Shown piece after piece: positions 54,733-64,000 of a stretch of DNA of 64,000 bases (within the stretch, counting starts at the first letter, position 1; each line of letters opens with the position of its first letter). Under the pieces are notes generated by a model. It made no database searches. It was not told where the DNA came from and was given only the letters and a program-made list of their open reading frames with translations. The stretch covers positions 113,646 to 177,645 of the forward strand of contig NZ_DAMBRK010000002.1 of the NCBI RefSeq assembly GCF_032055105.1, in the 5' to 3' direction. The position numbers and the translations under genes are program-made. The DNA comes from Epilithonimonas sp. GTDB lineage: Bacteria; Bacteroidota; Bacteroidia; Flavobacteriales; Weeksellaceae.

Positions 54733-55844
54733 TACAATTTACTTTGTACAGTTTTAATTATCTCATCCACAATCCCTTCTGCTGCTTTTGGTTTTGCAAA
54801 AAATTCCAAATTATTTGACATTTCTTTTCTAAGATTTTCGTTCTCACAGATTTCTGAAAGTGTGTTCCAGAATTTATCTTTCATTTCAGAATCTTTTACC
54901 ATTCTAGCTGCATTTTTCTCAACCAGAGTCAAAGCATTTTTGGTTTGATGATCTTCCGCTGCAAATGGAAACGGAACCAATAAAACCGGTTTTTTCGCAA
55001 CAGCCAATTCTGAAATCGCAATCGCACCAGCTCTGGAAACAATCAAATCCGCCGCTGAATAAGCCAAAGCCATATCAGAAATGAATTCTCTAATCTGGAT
55101 TTGGTTGTTGGTTGTCAGTTGCTTGTTGTCAGAAATCTCTTTAAAATCCGTTTTCCCAGTCTGCCAGATTAACTGATAATCTTTTTCTTTCAGTTTATCA
55201 AAATTATCTTTCCAGCCGTTGTTCAGAGTTCTGGAACCAAGAGAACCACCAACTGAAAGAATCGTTAATTTATTTTTATCTAAGCCTAATTTTTCTTTAG
55301 CTAAATCTTTATCAATCAAATCCGTAATGATATTCTGACGAATTGGATTTCCTAAGAAATAAGTTTTCGTTCCGTGAAAAAATTTTTCCATATCCGGATA
55401 AGCTGTGAAAACTGCTTTCGCTTTTTTCGCATTGAAAACATTCGTTTTTCCGGGCAAAGAATTCTGCTCCTGAATAAAAGTCGGAATTCCCATTTTCGCA
55501 GCAATATATAAAGCCGGGCCGCTCGCAAAACCACCAGTTCCAACCGCAAAATCTGGTTTGAAATTTTTGATGATTTTCTTAGCTTTCATTAAACTGGAAA
55601 TGATTTTGAAAGGAAGCCCAATATTCTTCAGAAGACTACCTCTGTCGAATCCGGCGATATTCAATCCCTCGATTTTGAATCCGGATTGAGGAACCTTTTC
55701 CATTTCCATTTTTCCATTTGCACCAATGAACAAAAACTCTGCATCGGGAAATCTTTTTTTGATTTCCTGAGCAATCGCAACCGCAGGAAAGATGTGTCCA
55801 CCAGTTCCTCCGCCACTCATTAATATTTTCAGTTTTTTGCTCAT
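54732..55844 (-). CDS. murG: Undecaprenyldiphospho-muramoylpentapeptide beta-N-acetylglucosaminyltransferase
   Basis: GGGTGGHIFPA N-terminal motif. dcw context. Confidence 0.95.
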   Translation of the reverse strand: MSKKLKILMSGGGTGGHIFPAVAIAQEIKKRFPDAEFLFIGANGKMEMEKVPQSGFKIEGLNIAGFDRGSLLKNIGLPFKIISSLMKAKKIIKNFKPDFAVGTGGFASGPALYIAAKMGIPTFIQEQNSLPGKTNVFNAKKAKAVFTAYPDMEKFFHGTKTYFLGNPIRQNIITDLIDKDLAKEKLGLDKNKLTILSVGGSLGSRTLNNGWKDNFDKLKEKDYQLIWQTGKTDFKEISDNKQLTTNNQIQIREFISDMALAYSAADLIVSRAGAIAISELAVAKKPVLLVPFPFAAEDHQTKNALTLVEKNAARMVKDSEMKDKFWNTLSEICENENLRKEMSNNLEFFAKPKAAEGIVDEIIKTVQSKL

Positions 55845-57080
55845 CTATGCGATATCATTTATTTCTTCGATACTTTGTCTTTTGCCTAAACCTTCTTCAT
55901 CAAAAACCTGAATTCTGGAGCTTACATTTAAAATAATTCCTAACTGAATATAAGTTACCAACATCGATGTTCCTCCATAACTTATCAGTGGTAAAGGCTG
56001 TCCTGTAACCGGAATCAGATTCACGGCAACGGCAATATTTACCGATAATTGAATAAATATCATTAATCCAATTGCAAGCACGAGCAGAGACCCAAAAAAT
56101 GCGGGCATTTTACTAGCAATCATCACAATCCTGATAATCATTATCATATAAAGGCTAATCAAAACAAACGCTCCAATCCAGCCATATTCTTCTACAATAA
56201 TTGCGAAAATAAAATCCGAAACCGATTGTGGTAATGTCTGTTTCAAAGCACTTTTTCCAGGTCCAATTCCGTTGAATCCGCCGTGAACAATAGCGGCTTT
56301 CGCTTGCATTACCTGATAGTTTTTCGCCTTCAAACTTTCGTCTTCAACATCTGCCGTTTTTTTCGAGTTTGAGAAGGTTTCTATACGGCTCATCCAGGTG
56401 TGAACACGGTTTCCACCAAGTAGATTTGTATTGAGTGCAATCACTAAAAACATTACAATGAAAACCACTGAAAGCGAGATAAATCCCGCTACATATTGCC
56501 AAGCCAATTGACCAATAATCAAGATGATAATTGAAACCATCATAATCATCAAAGCAGTTGAACCATTGTCTTTTGCAACCAATCCGAAAACAATCAGAAT
56601 TGGTCCGAATATGTAAATGATATTCTCCAGAGGAAGTCTTTCTCTTTTGATTTTCTTAGTTAAATATCTGCACAGATAAATAATCAACATCAAATAAGCG
56701 AATGACGACGGCTGAAAAGAAATCGGTGTTCCTGGAATTTTCAACCAACGCGAAGCACTTGCGCCTTCAATTTTTTGACCTGTGAATGTTGTAATCAACA
56801 ATAATCCAATGGTGAACAAAAGCAAAATGGAACTCAGTTTCCCGATGTATTCGTATTTAATAGTTCCTACAAAACGCATAATTCCCAACCCTAAAAAAAC
56901 GAAGAAAATATGCTTGATAACGTGACCGGTTGTAGTCCCATTATTCACGATATATTCCAGATTCGAGCTTGCAGAATAAACCGGAAACACTGAAAGGAAG
57001 GATATCAAAATGATAACCGACCAAAGAACCTTGTCTCCTTTCAGCAATTCGAATTTGTTTTCTGTAGTTTGGTTTTCCAT
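55845..57080 (-). CDS. ftsW: FtsW/RodA/SpoVE family peptidoglycan glycosyltransferase (FtsW by position)
   Basis: SEDS polytopic protein (SDFIFAIIVEEYG, PLPLISYGGTS). Lies between murD and murG. Confidence 0.9.
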   Translation of the reverse strand: MENQTTENKFELLKGDKVLWSVIILISFLSVFPVYSASSNLEYIVNNGTTTGHVIKHIFFVFLGLGIMRFVGTIKYEYIGKLSSILLLFTIGLLLITTFTGQKIEGASASRWLKIPGTPISFQPSSFAYLMLIIYLCRYLTKKIKRERLPLENIIYIFGPILIVFGLVAKDNGSTALMIMMVSIIILIIGQLAWQYVAGFISLSVVFIVMFLVIALNTNLLGGNRVHTWMSRIETFSNSKKTADVEDESLKAKNYQVMQAKAAIVHGGFNGIGPGKSALKQTLPQSVSDFIFAIIVEEYGWIGAFVLISLYMIMIIRIVMIASKMPAFFGSLLVLAIGLMIFIQLSVNIAVAVNLIPVTGQPLPLISYGGTSMLVTYIQLGIILNVSSRIQVFDEEGLGKRQSIEEINDIA

Positions 57081-57104
57081 TTATTTTTAAATGAATTAAT
57101 TTTC

Positions 57105-58448
57105 TTAATTCTTAATTGTCAATTCTTCTAAAACTTCTTTTTTGAATTGATTACCACGGTCTTCATAACCATTGAATAAATCAAAACTTGCACAACAAGG
57201 TGACAACAAAACAACGTCTCCTTTTTCTGCAATCGATTTAGAAACTTCTACTGCTTTTTGCATACTGGAAGTGTCATAAATCTCTGTTTTTTTATCTTTA
57301 AAAAAGTCAATAATCTTATGATTATCAACTCCTAAGCAAACAATTGCTTTTACTTTTTTCTTGACTAATTCTTCGATTTCTGTATAATCGTTCCCTTTAT
57401 CTTTTCCGCCAACAATCCAGACAACCGGCTGTTTCATACTTTCCAAAGCGAAGTAAGTTGCGTTTACGTTTGTAGCTTTGCTGTCATTGATGAATTTTAC
57501 TCCTCTGATTTCAGCAACAGGTTCCAATCTGTGTTCAACCGCTTGAAATGTCATTAATGAATGTCTGATACTTTCATTACTGATTTCCAACAACTTTCCT
57601 GCAATACTCGCCGCTAAGCTGTTCGCCACATTATGTTTTCCAACCAATGATAATTCGTCGATATTCATTGTGAAACCTTCATTGATATTCACAACAAAAT
57701 TCTCATCAATCGAGAAAGCACCTTTTTCCAATTTTTCATCTAATGAGAATGGAACTTTGGTCACTTTCAAATCTAATTTTTCAAGAATCGACTTGCTCAT
57801 TTCGTCATCTTTGTTGTAGATGAAAAAATTGTTAGCTTCCTGATTTTCAGCAATTCTGAACTTAGCCAAAGCATATTCTTCATAATTGTAATTGTACTGG
57901 TCAAGATGGTCTTTTGACAAATTCAACAACAATGAAATGTATGGTCTAAAATTTTGAATATCATCTAACTGGAAACTACTCACTTCCAATACATAATAAT
58001 CAAAATTCTCTTCTGCTACCTGTTTTGCAAAGCTCTTTCCGATGTTTCCGCCCAATCCGACATTGAATCCATCTTCTTTCAAGATGTAATAAATCAAAGA
58101 CGTTGTCGTCGTTTTTCCATTACTTCCTGTAATCGCAATAATTTTTGCGTTTGTAAATTCCGAAGCAAATTCAATCTCAGAAGACAATCTGATTCCTTTT
58201 TCTTGAATCTTTTGAATCATTTCTGCTTTCTTCGGAATCCCCGGACTTTTTATGACCCAATCAGCATTCAGAATTTTTTCTTCGGAATGTGTTCCGTCTT
58301 CATAATCAATCCCAAGCTCATCCAATTCTTTTTTGTAGTTCTCACGGATAATTCCCATATCCGAAAGAAAGACATCAAAGCCTTTGGCTTTTGCCAGATA
58401 CGCAGCACCAACGCCGCTTTCGCCTCCTCCAAGTATCACTACTCTCAT
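57105..58448 (-). CDS. murD: UDP-N-acetylmuramoylalanine--D-glutamate ligase
   Basis: ILGGGESG N-terminus and GSNGKTTT motif. dcw context. Confidence 0.95.
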   Translation of the reverse strand: MRVVILGGGESGVGAAYLAKAKGFDVFLSDMGIIRENYKKELDELGIDYEDGTHSEEKILNADWVIKSPGIPKKAEMIQKIQEKGIRLSSEIEFASEFTNAKIIAITGSNGKTTTTSLIYYILKEDGFNVGLGGNIGKSFAKQVAEENFDYYVLEVSSFQLDDIQNFRPYISLLLNLSKDHLDQYNYNYEEYALAKFRIAENQEANNFFIYNKDDEMSKSILEKLDLKVTKVPFSLDEKLEKGAFSIDENFVVNINEGFTMNIDELSLVGKHNVANSLAASIAGKLLEISNESIRHSLMTFQAVEHRLEPVAEIRGVKFINDSKATNVNATYFALESMKQPVVWIVGGKDKGNDYTEIEELVKKKVKAIVCLGVDNHKIIDFFKDKKTEIYDTSSMQKAVEVSKSIAEKGDVVLLSPCCASFDLFNGYEDRGNQFKKEVLEELTIKN

Positions 58449-58466
58449 CTGTGGTTATTAGTCTTT

Positions 58467-59708
58467 TTATCTAGTTTTTAAAGTGATTAAGCAAATAATT
58501 GCCAGCATTACACCAATAATTATCATTCGGTTCACGATTTTGCTCTCGTGAAATCCTTCTTTCTGATAATGATGATGCAGTGGAGACATTTTGAATAATC
58601 TATTATTTTGAGCATATTCTAGCCCGTGTTTTCTTTTTCTATATTTGAAGACCATTACCTGCAAAATCACTGAAAGATTTTCGATAAGGAATACGCCACA
58701 TAAAACAGGAATCAATAATTCTTTTCTAAGGATAATTGCCAAAACTGCAATCACACCGCCCAACATCAGACTTCCCGTGTCACCCATAAAAATCTGCGCT
58801 GGATAAGTATTATACCAGAAAAATCCGATAACTGCTCCAACCAAAGCGAGCGCAAAAATCGTGGTTTCGCCCATATGAGGAAGGAACATAATATTCAGAT
58901 AATCAGCGAAAATCATATTTCCTGAAACGTAGGCGAAAAATGCTAAAGTCAACAAAATCACCGTACTTGTTCCTGCTGCTAATCCGTCAATTCCGTCCGT
59001 GATATTGGCTCCATTGGAAACTGCTGTTACAATGAAAATCACAATCGGAATGAAAACAATCCAAGCCCATTCGTGCGCTTTTGCATCATCCATCCAAAAT
59101 AAAATTCCACTATAATCGAACTCATTATTTTTAGTAAAAGGAACGGTAGAAACCGGAATTTTCTCGTCCGGCATAAAGTTCTGCTCTACATTATTTCTAT
59201 TGATAACCGTTGCATCGGCATATTTTCTCTTAACCTCAACCTCAGGGTGAAAGTACATTGTAACTCCGACAATTAAACCTAAACCAACTTGCCCGATTAC
59301 TTTGAATTTTCCGCTCAATCCGTCTTTATTTTTCTTAACTTTTTTAAGATAATCGTCCAAGAAACCAATCGCTCCCATCCACAAAACCGAAATGATTAAA
59401 AGAACGATATAAACATTTGTAATTCTGGTAAACAACAAAACCGGAATGATTGTTGCCAAAATGATAATCAAACCTCCCATTGTCGGCGTTCCTTCTTTCT
59501 GTTTTTGTCCTTCCAGACCAAGGTCACGCACCAATTCTCCCATTTGTCTTCTTCTCAGGAAATTGATGATTCTTTTTCCGTAAGCCATCGCAATAATCAG
59601 CGAAAACAAAACTGCCATCGCTGCGCGGAACGAAATGTATTTGAACAAGTTCATTCCCGGAACGTGGATTCCGTGAGCGTTTAAATATTCATATAGATAA
59701 TATAGCAT
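58467..59708 (-). CDS. mraY: Phospho-N-acetylmuramoyl-pentapeptide transferase
   Basis: Kx[17 protein letters not shown] and GDTGS motifs. Confidence 0.95.
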   Translation of the reverse strand: MLYYLYEYLNAHGIHVPGMNLFKYISFRAAMAVLFSLIIAMAYGKRIINFLRRRQMGELVRDLGLEGQKQKEGTPTMGGLIIILATIIPVLLFTRITNVYIVLLIISVLWMGAIGFLDDYLKKVKKNKDGLSGKFKVIGQVGLGLIVGVTMYFHPEVEVKRKYADATVINRNNVEQNFMPDEKIPVSTVPFTKNNEFDYSGILFWMDDAKAHEWAWIVFIPIVIFIVTAVSNGANITDGIDGLAAGTSTVILLTLAFFAYVSGNMIFADYLNIMFLPHMGETTIFALALVGAVIGFFWYNTYPAQIFMGDTGSLMLGGVIAVLAIILRKELLIPVLCGVFLIENLSVILQVMVFKYRKRKHGLEYAQNNRLFKMSPLHHHYQKEGFHESKIVNRMIIIGVMLAIICLITLKTR

Positions 59709-59714
59709 ATTTGT

Positions 59715-61175
59715 CTATTTTCCCATTAATTGTAATAATTCCCTAATCGTTTCTTTGTCATCAAAATGATGTTTCACACCATTGATTTCCTGATACGTTT
59801 CGTGACCTTTTCCGGCTACTAAAACAATATCTTTCGGCTCAGCAAATTTGATTGCCATTTTTATCGCTTCTCTTCTGTCTGGAATCGAAGTGTATTTGCT
59901 GAAATTCTGAGGTTGAACTCCTGCTTCTATTTCTTTAATAATCTGATTTGGTTCTTCAGTTCTTGGATTGTCAGAAGTGATAATCGCCAAAGTCGATTTT
60001 TTGGTAGCGATGTCGCCCATTTCAGGACGTTTGGTTTTATCTCTGTCACCTCCGCAACCGAAAACACAAATCAGTCTTTCATTTTTGGTTCTGATTTCGT
60101 TGATGCTGTCCAGAACATTTTCTAATGCATCAGGCGTGTGCGAATAATCAACTACGAAGAAAATTCCACTGTCGGATTTTATCGTTTCGAATCTTCCATT
60201 CACTCTATGAAGAATAGAAATCGCCTGAAGAACTTCCGTTTCGTCCATTCCTAATTCCAGAGCAATTCCATAAGCCAAAAGCAAATTATAAGCATTGAAT
60301 TTCCCTGTCAATGTTGTCCAGAATTCTTTGTTATTGAAGTTCAGTAACATTCCGTTGAAATCTACTTCCAAAACTTTTCCGTGGAAATCTGCCATTGTTT
60401 TCAAAGCAAAAGTTTTCTTTTTCGCTTTGGTATTCTGCAACATTACCAGACCGTTTTTGTCATCAGCATTTGTAATTGCAACCGCTGAATCTTCCAACTC
60501 GTCAAAGAATCTCTTCTTAGCGTAGATATAATTTTGGAAAGTCTTATGATAATCCAAATGGTCGTGCGTGATATTCGTAAAACCTGCGATTTTGAAATGT
60601 AATCCTTCTATTCTGTCTTGAGAAATTCCGTGTGAACTTACTTCCATAAAAGCATATTCACATCCAATTTCAACAGCTTTCGCCAACATTTGATTTAAAC
60701 GAATCACGTCTGGCGTTGTGTGTGTTGAAGGAATAACCTCGTCTCCGATTCTGTATTCAACAGTTGAAATCAAAGCGGATTGATATCCCAGATTTTTGAA
60801 AATATCAAATAATAAAGTTGTTACCGAAGTTTTCCCGTTGGTTCCTGTAACACCAATTAAATTCAATTTCTGAGAAGGATTTCCGTAAAAATTAGAAGCC
60901 AAATGTCCTAAAGTTTTGGAAGAATCTTCAACTTTCAAATAAGTTACTTCATCATTAATTTCTGAAGGTAATTCTTCACAAACAATTACTTTTGCACCTT
61001 TTTCGATACTTTGATTGATGTAAGAATGTCCGTCTGAAACAGTTCCTTTCAATGCAACATACAAAGAATTTTCAACAACTTTTCTGCTGTCGAAAACCAA
61101 TTCCGAAACTTCTCTTTCAAGAGTTCCGATGGTTTCCAAAACTTGGATTCTTTGTGATAAGTCTTTTAAAATCAT
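59715..61175 (-). CDS. murE: UDP-N-acetylmuramoyl-L-alanyl-D-glutamate--2,6-diaminopimelate ligase
   Basis: GVTGTNGKTS motif and DNPR-type motif (SDNPRTE) consistent with meso-DAP specificity. Confidence 0.9.
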   Translation of the reverse strand: MILKDLSQRIQVLETIGTLEREVSELVFDSRKVVENSLYVALKGTVSDGHSYINQSIEKGAKVIVCEELPSEINDEVTYLKVEDSSKTLGHLASNFYGNPSQKLNLIGVTGTNGKTSVTTLLFDIFKNLGYQSALISTVEYRIGDEVIPSTHTTPDVIRLNQMLAKAVEIGCEYAFMEVSSHGISQDRIEGLHFKIAGFTNITHDHLDYHKTFQNYIYAKKRFFDELEDSAVAITNADDKNGLVMLQNTKAKKKTFALKTMADFHGKVLEVDFNGMLLNFNNKEFWTTLTGKFNAYNLLLAYGIALELGMDETEVLQAISILHRVNGRFETIKSDSGIFFVVDYSHTPDALENVLDSINEIRTKNERLICVFGCGGDRDKTKRPEMGDIATKKSTLAIITSDNPRTEEPNQIIKEIEAGVQPQNFSKYTSIPDRREAIKMAIKFAEPKDIVLVAGKGHETYQEINGVKHHFDDKETIRELLQLMGK

Positions 61176-61199
61176 ATATCTAAGCTTTCGCTTTCATTT

Positions 61200-63197
61200 T
61201 TAGTTTTGAAGATTCAAATAAATCTTTTGGTTTTTTCCAATGTTTGCGCCTTCCGCCGGAAATTGTCCTGTGATTTTCCCAACACCTTTGTAATCTACTC
61301 TGTAACCTAAATTTTCAAGTTGAGGAATCACATTCTTTCCAATCATTCCCACCAAATTCGGCATTGAATCTCTTGTCACATTCACCTTTACATTTGGCGC
61401 AGTCATTTTATTAAGATTAACCTTATGTTCAACCAAAAGGTCTTTCTCAACATTCAAAGGTGTTTTCAAGAAAGTCTTTCCAGCAATCTCTTTAAAAACT
61501 GGCGCAGAAACTGTTCCTCCATAAAATCCTTTTGATACATCTGGCTGATTGACAACTACGATACACGTATATTTCGGATTATCGGCCGGATAAAAACCTG
61601 CAAATGAAGCCTGATATTTCATCGGTCCCGCTTTCCAATATTCGAATCTTGCTGTTCCTGTTTTGCCGGCAATTTTAAGATTCGGAGTATAGATACTTCT
61701 TGCCGTTCCTTTCTCAACGGCTTTTGTCAAAGCATTGGTCATCATTGTAATCGCTTTATCAGAAGCCATTTTCTTAACCATTATTTCAGGTTTCGCTTCA
61801 TAAAGCACTTTACCGTCTTTTGCAATTTTATCGATGAAAAGAGGTTTTACCATTTTTCCTTTGTTGGCAATCCCGTTATAGAAAGCAACCAATTGTAATA
61901 ATGGAAAACGAGAAGAATATCCATAACCCAATGATGCCAAAGTCGCCTTATTCCATCGTTTGCTTTGAGGTGTTTGAATCGAAGGCTTTGCAATTCCCGG
62001 AAGCTCAATCTGCATTTTATCAAACATCTTCCAACGTTTTAAATGGTCAATGAAAACTTGAGGTTTATCTGCGTAATGTGTTGTAATTAATTTTGCTGCA
62101 CCAACGTTACTTGACTTAGCTAAAACATCACTTACATCATAAGTTCCACCTCCGTGACCGTCAGTAATTCTTTGTCCTGCGTAGGTCCAAATTCCATTTC
62201 CGATGTTAACTTTCGTATTTTCATCAATGAAACCATCGTCCATCGCTGCCAAAAGTGAAACCGTTTTGAATGTAGAACCCGGTTCCTGAGCATCTTTCAC
62301 AGTATAATTGTAAGCATCAACATATATTCCCGGTTCGGTTCTTCTAAGATTGACCATTGCACGAATTTTTCCCGTCTCAACCTCCATTACAACAACACTT
62401 CCGTGATTTGCATCGAATTTGATTAATTGATTTTCCAATGCCGAATGTGCAATATCCTGAATTCTCAAATCCAGAGTTGTGTAAACATCCTGCCCATCAA
62501 CAGGCTCCTGAACCTTCCAGTAATCAATTGGCTTCCATTGAGAAGAAGTAATTTTCTGTTCTAAACGCTTTCCATCAATTCCTGTCAAATATTTACTGAA
62601 AGCGCCTTCCAGCCCAGACTTTGATTCACCATTATCAGCTCCAATTGTTCCTGCTCCGATTTGAGTTGTTGCCAATTCTCTTCGGAAATTTCTTTCCACA
62701 ATGAAACCTCCTTTATTTTTCCCTTTTTTGAAAATCGGAAAATTTCTGATTCTGTCATATTCATCAAAATCAAGCCCTCTTGCTAAAAGATAATATTGGT
62801 TATTCTTCTGATTCTGAGCATCTAATTTCGCTCTGAAGTAGCTTCGCGGTTTATCAAACATCTTGCTGAGAGAATCTGTCAATGCTCCAATATTGTTGGA
62901 ATAGATTGTATCTCTCATTGATTTGAAATCCAGATAGATATCGTACCGCATCACTGTCGTAGCCAAAATAGAACCGTCTGAAGCGAAAAGATTTCCACGA
63001 GCAGCCTTTAAAGTGGCTTCGCGGTAATTTTTGCTGATATAATTATTTTCAAATTCTTCAACATTCGTATTCTGAAGAATTAAAATCCTTGTTAAAAAAA
63101 TGACAAACAAAATGAAAGCTCCCAACACAAAAAGGTAGCCCCACTTCAATGCATTGGAACGCTTTTTATCGTAATTGTTATTTGGTTGCTTTATCAT
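61200..63197 (-). CDS. ftsI: Class B penicillin-binding protein (FtsI/PBP3-type)
   Basis: STFK, SSN and KTGT transpeptidase motifs and an N-terminal TM segment. The ATG at 63197 is preferred over the TTG at 63209. Confidence 0.9.
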   Translation of the reverse strand: MIKQPNNNYDKKRSNALKWGYLFVLGAFILFVIFLTRILILQNTNVEEFENNYISKNYREATLKAARGNLFASDGSILATTVMRYDIYLDFKSMRDTIYSNNIGALTDSLSKMFDKPRSYFRAKLDAQNQKNNQYYLLARGLDFDEYDRIRNFPIFKKGKNKGGFIVERNFRRELATTQIGAGTIGADNGESKSGLEGAFSKYLTGIDGKRLEQKITSSQWKPIDYWKVQEPVDGQDVYTTLDLRIQDIAHSALENQLIKFDANHGSVVVMEVETGKIRAMVNLRRTEPGIYVDAYNYTVKDAQEPGSTFKTVSLLAAMDDGFIDENTKVNIGNGIWTYAGQRITDGHGGGTYDVSDVLAKSSNVGAAKLITTHYADKPQVFIDHLKRWKMFDKMQIELPGIAKPSIQTPQSKRWNKATLASLGYGYSSRFPLLQLVAFYNGIANKGKMVKPLFIDKIAKDGKVLYEAKPEIMVKKMASDKAITMMTNALTKAVEKGTARSIYTPNLKIAGKTGTARFEYWKAGPMKYQASFAGFYPADNPKYTCIVVVNQPDVSKGFYGGTVSAPVFKEIAGKTFLKTPLNVEKDLLVEHKVNLNKMTAPNVKVNVTRDSMPNLVGMIGKNVIPQLENLGYRVDYKGVGKITGQFPAEGANIGKNQKIYLNLQN

Positions 63198-63549
63198 TTG
63201 TGCTATCAACTTTTATCAATAATTTCATTGGGTGACTATCCAAACTCACCAGAGAATCCTGAACCATTTCTTTTCCCAGTTCGGATTCCATTCTTATCTT
63301 TATCAATCGACTCTGCGCATAAGCATTTCTCGATTTGTACTCTTCTGTCTCTTCTTTTAGCTTATTGACACGCTCAATTTTCTGATTCACCAAGTGATTA
63401 CTATAAATCATCACCATCAACAATCCGAAAATGAACAGAAAATATTTGTAATGCGCCTTTACCTCATCACGGTTAAGAAAATTCCCTTTTATTATATCCA
63501 TAAAAGTGAGTTTCTTTTTCTGCTTATTGTAGGTTGTCTGCTTTGCCAT
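63178..63549 (-). CDS. ftsL: FtsL-like small bitopic cell-division protein
   Basis: 123 aa with a single TM segment followed by a coiled coil. Lies between rsmH and ftsI. Confidence 0.7.
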   Translation of the reverse strand: MAKQTTYNKQKKKLTFMDIIKGNFLNRDEVKAHYKYFLFIFGLLMVMIYSNHLVNQKIERVNKLKEETEEYKSRNAYAQSRLIKIRMESELGKEMVQDSLVSLDSHPMKLLIKVDSTNDKATK

Positions 63550-63626
63550 TTTTGGTTGTTTGTTGTCGGTTGACAGCTGATAGATTTAAAAACATCTTCA
63601 AACAACTATCAACTAAAAACCATCAA

Positions 63627-64000
63627 CTATAATTTTGTTCCTATTCTCATTTTTGCGCTTCTTGCACGAGAATTTTCTTCTATTTCTTTATCGTCCGGAA
63701 TGATTGCTTTTGTCTTTAACAATTCAAAAGCTTTTGCATAATTTCCGTAAATATCACGCTGAGGTTCACCTTCAAACATTCCGTTTTTCAGAAAACGTTT
63801 TACCAATCTATCTTCTAAAGAATGGTAAGAAATCACGACTAGTCTTCCTTCAACTTTTAAAATTTTGTAAGACTGAACGAGCATTTCTTTCAGAACTTCC
63901 AGCTCTTGATTAACCTCAATTCGGATTGCCTGAAAAACTTGAGCAAAAAATTTGTTCTGCTTAAAAGCCGGAATATAACTGAAGAGATTTTTCAAATCCT
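63627..64000 (-). CDS. rsmH: 16S rRNA (cytosine1402-N4)-methyltransferase RsmH, C-terminal part (gene runs off the window)
   Basis: ISYHSLEDRLVK and NSRARSAKMR motifs. The ORF is open to the window end. Confidence 0.9.
   Translation of the reverse strand, partial: DLKNLFSYIPAFKQNKFFAQVFQAIRIEVNQELEVLKEMLVQSYKILKVEGRLVVISYHSLEDRLVKRFLKNGMFEGEPQRDIYGNYAKAFELLKTKAIIPDDKEIEENSRARSAKMRIGTKL

Noticed and set aside
47961-63626. Short repeated words in many spacers, considered as possible CRISPR-like or tandem-repeat arrays.
   Set aside because: The units are only 6-12 nt, there are 2-4 copies, and there is no regular repeat-spacer periodicity or nearby cas genes. They are better described as palindromic or word-repeat spacers, which I reported separately.
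48949-64000. Absence of murF and ddl from the dcw cluster (murE is followed directly by mraY).
   Set aside because: As far as I know this is the usual dcw organisation in Bacteroidota, so it is not a deletion or a novelty.

Overview
This window reads as a low-GC Bacteroidota chromosome, class Flavobacteriia, with a Chryseobacterium/Weeksellaceae-like gene set and synteny. It is almost entirely core genome, with about 59 protein-coding genes.

The main blocks are:
- Envelope glycosyltransferases, sufE and pepT.
- A complete alternative complex III operon (actABCDEF, minus strand, 6.7-15.1 kb).
- PSP1-gldH-PBP1A-selO.
- A FadL-like porin paired with an SGNH lipoprotein.
- Rrf2-tadA and coaX.
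- M1 and M14 peptidases.
- lepA.
- The Bacteroidota-typical bamD-rpoZ-coaBC-DUF4835-recN block.
- rplY-prs.
- A full Bacteroidota-type dcw cluster (rsmH-ftsL-ftsI-murE-mraY-murD-ftsW-murG-murC-ftsQ-ftsA-ftsZ, minus strand, 48.9-64 kb).

I saw no rRNA, tRNA, CRISPR array, transposase, integrase or phage genes.

Accessory-looking content is limited to three items:
- A DUF6364-like/PIN (VapC) toxin-antitoxin pair next to an orphan GH10 xylanase.
- A ParE-like small gene pair.
- One Avd/23S-IVS-type four-helix-bundle ORF between ftsZ and yqeY.

I did not find a convincing multi-gene novel system. The most unusual signals are non-coding:
- (a) The four-helix-bundle ORF sits in a 428-bp cassette bounded by a perfect 22-bp inverted repeat, with a nested 16-bp direct repeat that covers its start and stop codons.
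- (b) A 22-nt block is shared (20/22) by the murG-murC and murC-ftsQ spacers.
- (c) Many intergenic spacers are built from short repeated 'words' that form imperfect hairpins.
- (d) An approximately 79-bp extended palindrome with a T-run/A-run core lies in the pepT/HMG-CoA-lyase divergent region.

All protein calls come from motif and family recognition of the supplied translations plus synteny. No database search was possible.
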